NCBI GenBank assembly: GCA_025594325.1
Contig: JANHCV010000001.1
Span: 1,984,001-2,048,000 of the forward strand
Direction: 5' to 3'
Origin: Blastocladiella emersonii ATCC 22665
Taxonomy: Eukaryota; Fungi; Blastocladiomycota
Length of the DNA: 64,000 bases
The notes beneath the pieces are model-generated. The model searched no databases, was not told the origin of the DNA, and saw only the letters and a list, made by a program, of their open reading frames with translations. Of the stretch, positions 57,351 to 64,000 are shown one piece after another (within the stretch, counting starts at the first letter, position 1; the number at the start of each line of letters is the position of its first letter). The translations under genes were made by a program, and so were the position numbers.

Positions 57351-59976
57351 ATGACGCCCCCGGCACCCAACTCGACGCCCGCGACCCCGACGTCCGCGGC
57401 TGCCCCTCCTCCCGCCGCGCCGACCGCCCACCACGCGCACCCGAACGCGCACCTGTACCCGCCGCGCCAGTACGCCGCTATGGAGCCGCCGCAGCAGCAC
57501 GCCCAGCATGCCGCCTATGCCTACGCGCCCGACCATGACTACGATCGCGCACACGCCTACGCGCCGGCGCCCCGCGGCCGTGACTACGACTACGACCTCG
57601 ACTACAACTACGCGCCCGAGTACTCTCGCGGCAACGGCTACCATCCCCGCCACCAGCACCACTACGACGCGCAGGCGTACCCGCCGCCGCCCGCGCACCA
57701 CTACCAGCAGCAGCCTCCCCGCCCGCTTCCGCCGCACGCGCGCGACTCGTACTACCAGCACCAGCGCGCGCACCAGCTGCCGCCCTCGACCGCGTACCCG
57801 GCCTACGCGGATCACCGCGGTCCCATGTCGCCGCCGGCCACCCACGGCCATGGCCAAGGTCCCGCCGACGCGTTGGCCGCCGCGCCCGCCCCCGACCGCC
57901 GCCCGCTCCCGCCACCGTCAGCCATCGAGTCGCGCCCGCAGCCCGCGTACCACCAGCAGCAGCAGCCCGAGTCGCGGGCGCCCAAGCGCGCGTGGCACGA
58001 CGACAACGAGCCGACCAACGGCGAGCACCTGCACCCGCACACGCCCATCACGCCCGCCGCCCATGGCCACGCGCTCCCCGACTACCGCAACACCAAGCGC
58101 ATGCGCCCGTCGTCGCTCGGCTGGCCGCCCGAGCTCCCGGCGCTCCCGCCCGCACCGCTCCTCTCCGAGTACATGGGCGCCATCGAGTCGGGCGCCGCCA
58201 TGGCCCTCTCGGCCATGCGCAGCGCCGGGTCCGTGCGCAGCGGAGACGCGCCCGCGCCCACGACCCGCCCGCAGCTCCCGCCGCCGCCGTCCTCCATGCA
58301 CACGCCGCACGGATACGGCCGCAACCTCCGCGAGCCCGCCTTCGACGACCGGTACCACGGCGCCCAGGACTACGACTACGACGCGTACGGCTACGGCTAC
58401 GGCCCCGACGCGCCTTCGCACTACGCGCCCTCGGTCCACTCGCAGCCCCCGCCGCCGCTGCCGCCGCACGCGTCGCGCTACGGGTCCGTCCAGGCGTGGC
58501 AGCAGGACCAGCAGCGCATCCACTACCTGCAGCAGCAGCACGCGCAGGACCGGTACTATCACCACGGCGACGCCGGGTACTACGGCCACGACTCGGCCTA
58601 CTACGACGCGTCGCCCGACCACCACCTCGCGCCGCCGCTCCTCCCGCGCTCGCTGACGCGCCCGTCCACGGTCCGCCCGCCCCCGCCGCCGCCGCTCCCG
58701 CTGCCTCCTTCGGCACCCACGGCCCTGCCCATTTCGCCGCCCGCCTCCGACCGCATCGCGCACCGCCACCCGGCCCAGCTCGCGGGCGGCCCGAAGCGCC
58801 CGCCGCCGCAGCAAAAGTTCCAGTTCCTCCCGCACCCGGGCGTCCCGACCGACGGCCCGTCGCCCGGCCCGGCGATCCGCGGCAACGGGTGCGTCGCCAA
58901 CGACGCGCCGCCCCTCGGTAACGGCCACGACGACCACGCGCACCTGGTCCAGGCGGCGCCCGCGGCGCAGCGGCTCGTCAACCCGGTCCTCGCGGCTGCC
59001 GCGTTGCCTCGCGCGGCGATGCGTGTTCATGTGCGTTCTCTATCGCTGGTTGACTTCGAGTGCTCGGACTGGTTGCTGACCTACTCTTTCACGCCCGTAA
59101 CAGAAATCGTACTACACGTTCAGCGTGCCGACGTACAACCTCATGGTCAAGCACCTGCGGCTCGCCATGGAGATTGACCACGCCAACGGCAAGCTGCCCG
59201 CCGGGTCCATGGCCCTCGCCATCAGCACTGCGGCCGCGTCGTCGTCGTCCTCGACCTCGACAGTGAACGCGGGTGCGGCTGCTGCCGCCGCGGCCGACGA
59301 CAGCGACCACGACGACGACGCCGATGAGCCGCCGGGCGGCGCCGCCGAAAAGGACAAGGACGGCAAGGACAAGGAGTCGGTGGACCGGTACCCGACGTCG
59401 CTCGAGATCACGCTGACGGACGTGGACAACGCGCTGCCGCGCAAGCGGTGGAAGCGGCTGCAGGAGAACCTCCAGCTGTGGCCCGGGCGGCCCAACCACC
59501 GCAACCTGTCGTGGAAGTCGTGCACGCTCATCATCGTGCCGCGCGAGCAGTGGCGCGAGGTGTTCCTGGCGTTCCACCTGCTGTCGACGCAGCACCCGAT
59601 CACGCAGGAGCGCATCCAGCGCCACCAGTCGGCGCGCGACACGTTCAACGCCCTCAGCAAGGTGTACCAGACGCGCCGGTCCCGGTGCGGGCTCACGCTG
59701 CCCACCATCGAGGCGTTTGTCGACGAGTGCGGGTGCGGCGGCCACGGCACCCACCCGATCATCGAGGGGTTCGACGAGGCCGCGGCTGCTGCCGACCTCA
59801 TGGCCAGCGGCGCCGACCCGTACCCGATCCCCTTCTCGGCCGCCGGCCTGCCCGGCGCCCCCGTCACGAGCACCGGCAACCACGGCTCGGACGGTGGCGA
59901 CGAGGAGGAGGAGATCGACGAGCTCGACGAGGACCGGCCAACCGCGGCCATGGCCACGGCCAACGTCCAGGCATGA
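57351..59976 (+). CDS. Pro/His/Tyr-rich protein with a C-terminal NOL4-like integrase-type zinc-binding (H2C2) domain
   Basis: Exon 1 is low-complexity; intron 59031-59103 (phase 0). Exon 2 reads KSYYTFSVPTYNLMVKHL...IIVPREQWREVFLAFHL...RHQSARDTFNALSKVY...TIEAFVDECGC. Confidence 0.75.
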
Positions 59977-60298
59977 CGGCCAGCCGCGGCCGCGGCCGCG
60001 AGCAGTGTGTAAGTCTACGTACCCATTTTTGAAGGTCCCGGCCCGGCGCGCGCTCGGTGCGAGGCAGGGCAATATTTTCTATATACCTCATCTCTTTCTT
60101 CTTCCTCTTCTTCACCACGGGCTGTTTTTGGAGGAGTGGGAGAGGGAGCGGCTAGCAACGCGTCACGGCGCCTGTGCAACACGCAGAGTTTTTCAGCGGC
60201 GGGTCGGTCGGCCCCGGCTGCTGCCGCCCACGCTCTCTCTCCTCCTCCCGCCTGCCGCCTTGCCCCTTTTGCTCCCTCCCTCTGCGCCCGGGCTGCCT

Positions 60299-60910
60299 GA
60301 TACCCAGCGCTCTCCGCACACTACCACGCATCGCTACGCATCGCCCTGTGCCGCCGACCTGCTGCTCCAAACACGCGCGCGCGCACGCCCTGCCACCGCT
60401 AGTCTGCCCGTTCTACGCCCGCCGCTCCACGGACTACACGCCCTGAGCCACCAGTGAGCCCGATCCGACTGAGCCGCCGTCGTGCTCGTCCCCAACCTTG
60501 ATCGCGACCGTCTCCCCCCGCGGTACGACTGCCGACCGGCCCCATGGTCGCCCCACAGCAAGCTGACCGGGCTCGATCCGCATCTAGCTCGTCTCTCTCC
60601 TCCCTGATTTCCATGTCGTTGTGATCGCGACCCGCGTGAAGGCCTTTGATACCCCCTATACCCCCGTCCTTCGCGTCGACCGTCGCCTTCTATCCCGTTT
60701 GACCCCCGCACGCCGCTCCGCCGCTCCGCGATACCCTGCCCTATCGTACGTCTGCTCCTGCGCTCGCCCGATCCGCCGCCTGTGTCTCTAACCGTCGTAC
60801 GACTTGCGCAGGAAACCCATCGGATCGATACCCTCTCCCCTATACCCCTCCTCCTTCGCGCACGCTGCTCCGTCGTCCGCTGGCCAACCCACTTTTTGAC
60901 TGGATACCCC
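60299..60910 (+). repeat. Cluster of sense-strand (G/T)ATACCC motifs in the 5' leader of the RRM-YTH gene
   Basis: GATACCC at 60299, 60648, 60730, 60827 and 60903; TATACCC at 60657 and 60841. Confidence 0.85.
60746..60811 (+). other. Candidate 5'-UTR intron of the RRM-YTH gene
   Basis: GTACGT donor at 60746, CTCTAAC branch near 60786, GCAG acceptor ending 60811 (66 nt, typical size here). Confidence 0.65.
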
Positions 60911-60994
60911 GGCCCGCCGTCGACCTGCACCGTCCCGCGACCTCCTCCTTCATACTCCCCTCCTTGCACTCTTGCTCGCGCCCCTCTCTCAACC

Positions 60995-63487
60995 ATGCTC
61001 TCCGGCGATCCTACCGATTCCCCGACCCGCGACCGCGACTATGAGGCCGCTGCCGGCTCGCCCACGACCTCGTCGTCGTCGGCCTCGCCCTCGCCGCCCG
61101 CCTCGGACCAGCCGAGCCCTACCACCCAGCGCTCGCGCCGCGCCCTCTACGGCCGCAGCCTCTCCACGCCCGCCGCCGGCATGCACTCGGCGGCTGCAGC
61201 GGCTGCCGCGGCCCTCGCCCAGCTGCGTGTCTCGGCCGACCCCGAGACTGCGGCCGAGTCGGCCACGGGCCCTGACCCGCCCGCCGACGCGCCCGCCGCT
61301 GCGACGGCGCCCTCGGCCGAGTCCGAGTCGCCCGGTGAACCCGCCCTGCCGGTGGTGACCTCGGGCTACCCGCTCGTCCCTGTGCCGCCGCCGCCGCCGC
61401 CGACGCCGCGCCACCGGTCCATCTGGGTCGGCAACATCAGCGAGCGCGCGACGCGCGACGACCTCGTGGCGCTGTTCGGCTCCTTCCCGGGCTTCATCGA
61501 CCTCTACTACATGAAGCACACGCGCTCCGCCTTCATCAACATGGCCACCGACGACGCCGTCGAGGAGGCCGCACTCCACTTCCATGGCCAGGTCTTCCGC
61601 GGATCGCGTCTCATTTGCCGCTCGCGCCTGCACAAGACGGCCGTCGCGGCCGCTTCGTCCTCGTCGTCGCCGACTCCGGGTGTGCCGGTGCCGCCCATGT
61701 CCTTCGCCGCCATGACCATGCCCGGCGGCGCCGCGAACACCGTCGCGCACCAGTTCGGCTCGCACCCGCCGCCCCCGCCGCTCGGTGCACACCACCAGGT
61801 CATCTACGGCCCGCCCCAGTGGATGCTCGTCCCGACGCCGTACCCGTACGCCGGCGGCGCGCCCGGGTCGCCCGGTCCTCCTGCGGGCGCGGGTGCGCAG
61901 TCGCCGACGGCTCAGCAGCAGCAGCAGCAGGCGCCCTCGCAGCAGCAGTCATCCATGTCGGCTGCCGCTGCCGCCGCTGTCGCCGCGTACAACTACTACG
62001 GCTACGTCCCCGGCCAGGCCCAGCAGGCGTCGCAGCCGCAGCAGCCGCAGCAGCCGCAGCAGCCGCAGGCCGGAGCGTTCGGCCCGCCCGTCCCCATGCC
62101 GCCGCTCCCGCCGCCGCCGCCGCACGGGTACCCGTCGCCCCAGCAGCCGCAGCAGGCCCCGCAGCAGCAGCAGACCGACCTCGCAGTGTCGCAGGAACCC
62201 GTCCCCGGCGGCGGTGGCGCGCCCGGCTACCCCGCCGTCCCGCCCGGCATGGTCCCCGTCTACGGAATGGGCGTCCCTGTGCACGGGATGAATGTCCCCG
62301 TCGGCGTCGTCAACCTTGGCATGCTCATGCACCAGCAGCAGCAGCAGCACGGCGCGCACCCGATGCACCCGTCGTCCTCGCTCATGTCCGCCGGCGCGAG
62401 TAACATTCCGCCGCCGCCGCCGCCGCCTGGCCTCGGGATGCCGCCTTCCGCTGCCGCCGGGTCCGAGTGGGCTACGTCGCCCGTTCCTGGCCCCGTTCCG
62501 CACGCGGGTGGGCCGCGCGGGAGCGGTATGGTCGCGGCGGCGACCCCGTCGTCCTCGGGCACCGCCCAGCCCGCCGTCGCCACGACCACGACTGCGAGCG
62601 GCGGCCCGTCGTGCCGCTACTTCATCATCAAGAGCCTGTCGCTCGAGGACCTCGAGCTGTCCATGAAGCACTGCATGTGGTCGCCCCAGGTGCACCTCGA
62701 GGCGATCCTCGACCAGGCGTTCAAGGTACGACTGTGCCGCGTTTTTGCGGTGGTTGAGCAGTGACTGACGGTGCACCGCGGTGTAGACGACCGAGTGCGT
62801 GTACCTCGTGTTCAGTGTCAACAAGTCGGGCGAGTTCTTTGGATTTGCTCGGTACGTTCGTCGTCGGTGTCGCTGGGCTCGTGTGCAATGCTGACCCGTT
62901 CCTCGATCTGTAGCATGACCACGCCCGTCGGCCCCGGGCCCAAGCTCAACTGGTCGATCCAGGAGAGCTCGCGCAAACAGCAGTCGCTCGGCGGCGTGTT
63001 TGGTCTCCAGTGGCTCATGATGTACGCTTTTCTCGCACCGACCGAGCCCCGCCCTCGATCGTGACTGACCCGCGCTTGCGACTCACGTGTCTAGCCAGCG
63101 GCTCCCGTTCAGCCAGGTGCGCCACCTGCACAACCCGTGGAACGCGGGCAAGGAGGTCAAGGTGTCGCGCGACGGGACCGAGCTCGAGCCGCACGTCGGG
63201 CACGCGCTGCTCATGGAATTTTACCAGTTCCACCGCGCGCAGCTCGCGCTGTCCATGCAGGGGGTCGCGCCGCAGTACCCGGTGCCCAAGTACGTTGACG
63301 TCGCCGCTGGTCTTGGGTGAGCATGCGCTAACTTGCGTTCCCTGCGCGCTCATGTAGACGCTTCGCCGCGTACATCCACCCGTACCCGGGGGCGGGCATC
63401 CCGGTCCCCATCCCCGCGCCTATCCCGGTCCCGCATCCGCAACACCAGCACTACGACCCGCACGGTGCCGCGCCGGGCCCTTACTAA
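60995..63487 (+). CDS. RRM + YTH-domain RNA-binding protein (YTHDC-like m6A reader)
   Basis: RRM SIWVGNISERATRDDLVALF..SAFINM. YTH domain RYFIIKSLSLEDLELSMKHCMWSPQ..LDQAFK|..VYLVFSVNKSGEFFGFAR|M..LNW..SLGGVFGLQWL|..LPFSQVRHLHNPWNAGKEVKVSRDGTELEPHVG. Four introns in the 3' part; last exon ends GPY*. Confidence 0.92.
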
Positions 63488-63531
63488 GCCCGATCCACGA
63501 CAAGACACGGCTGCACCCGCTCGTTTGGCTG

Positions 63532-63825
63532 GATGATACCCCCCGACTACCGTTTACCAGCCCGACACGGTGCAGCCGCCGCAGGTCCACGACGCGCGCA
63601 TGGCCATCATCTCCACGCTGCCTTTCCCTCCCTCTTTTCTTACCCTCCTAGCGCCAGCTCACTGCAGCGATGGCCCGACCAGCCCGTGCGCGCGCGCGTG
63701 GATCTCTCTCTTCCGCCCTCTTTCAACAGCAACAACATCGTCTCATTTTTTCCTTCGCTTTTCGTTTCCCGTTCGTGTGTGATGATACCCCCCTCCCTCC
63801 TCACTTTTGATGCGATGATACCCCC
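63532..63825 (+). repeat. Three copies of the 12-mer GATGATACCCCC in the 3' flank of the RRM-YTH gene
   Basis: Exact copies at 63532, 63781 and 63814. Confidence 0.9.
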
Positions 63826-64000
63826 TCTCCCTGATCGCTCCGAGGAACAAGAATACTACAGCACGCTTTTTTGACGTCTATACATCGACGCGCTCGCGGC
63901 CGCGAGGGCGACGATGGCCATGGTCATCGTGGCGACCATGGCCACGGCCACGGCCACGGCCGTCACTGTCGCACAACGAGAGCGGCCACATCAGGGGTCC

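Overview
Gene-dense, very GC-rich eukaryotic DNA with short GT-AG introns (donors mostly GTACG/GTGCG/GTTCG, branch sites like GCTAAC/GCTGAC). Flagellar genes together with fungal-type housekeeping genes point to a zoosporic fungus, possibly Blastocladiomycota (inference). About 23 protein genes can be reconstructed by splicing across the ORF track: a Munc13-like C2/MUN protein (runs off the left edge), CFAP53, an unknown coiled-coil protein, a divergent profilin-like protein, a PH-domain protein, NUG1/GNL3, a Myb-like low-complexity protein, a Ser/Thr-rich membrane mucin broken by a frameshift, a PPR protein, a DDP1-like Nudix hydrolase, a BET protein (BDF1-like), a kinesin-4, RBX1, SSNA1/DIP13, a large coiled-coil protein, UTP12, CFAP161, a DDHD phospholipase, BDP1, SCC2/NIPBL, a His/Cys-rich metallothionein-like protein, a NOL4-like protein with an integrase-type Zn-binding domain, and an RRM+YTH protein. 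I saw no tRNA, rRNA, CRISPR array or intact mobile element. The strongest unexplained signal is a sense-strand GATACCC(C)n motif clustered in both the 5' leader and the 3' flank of the RRM-YTH gene, a candidate RNA autoregulatory element. All family calls come from recognising motifs by eye, not from database searches; splice sites and start codons are predictions.
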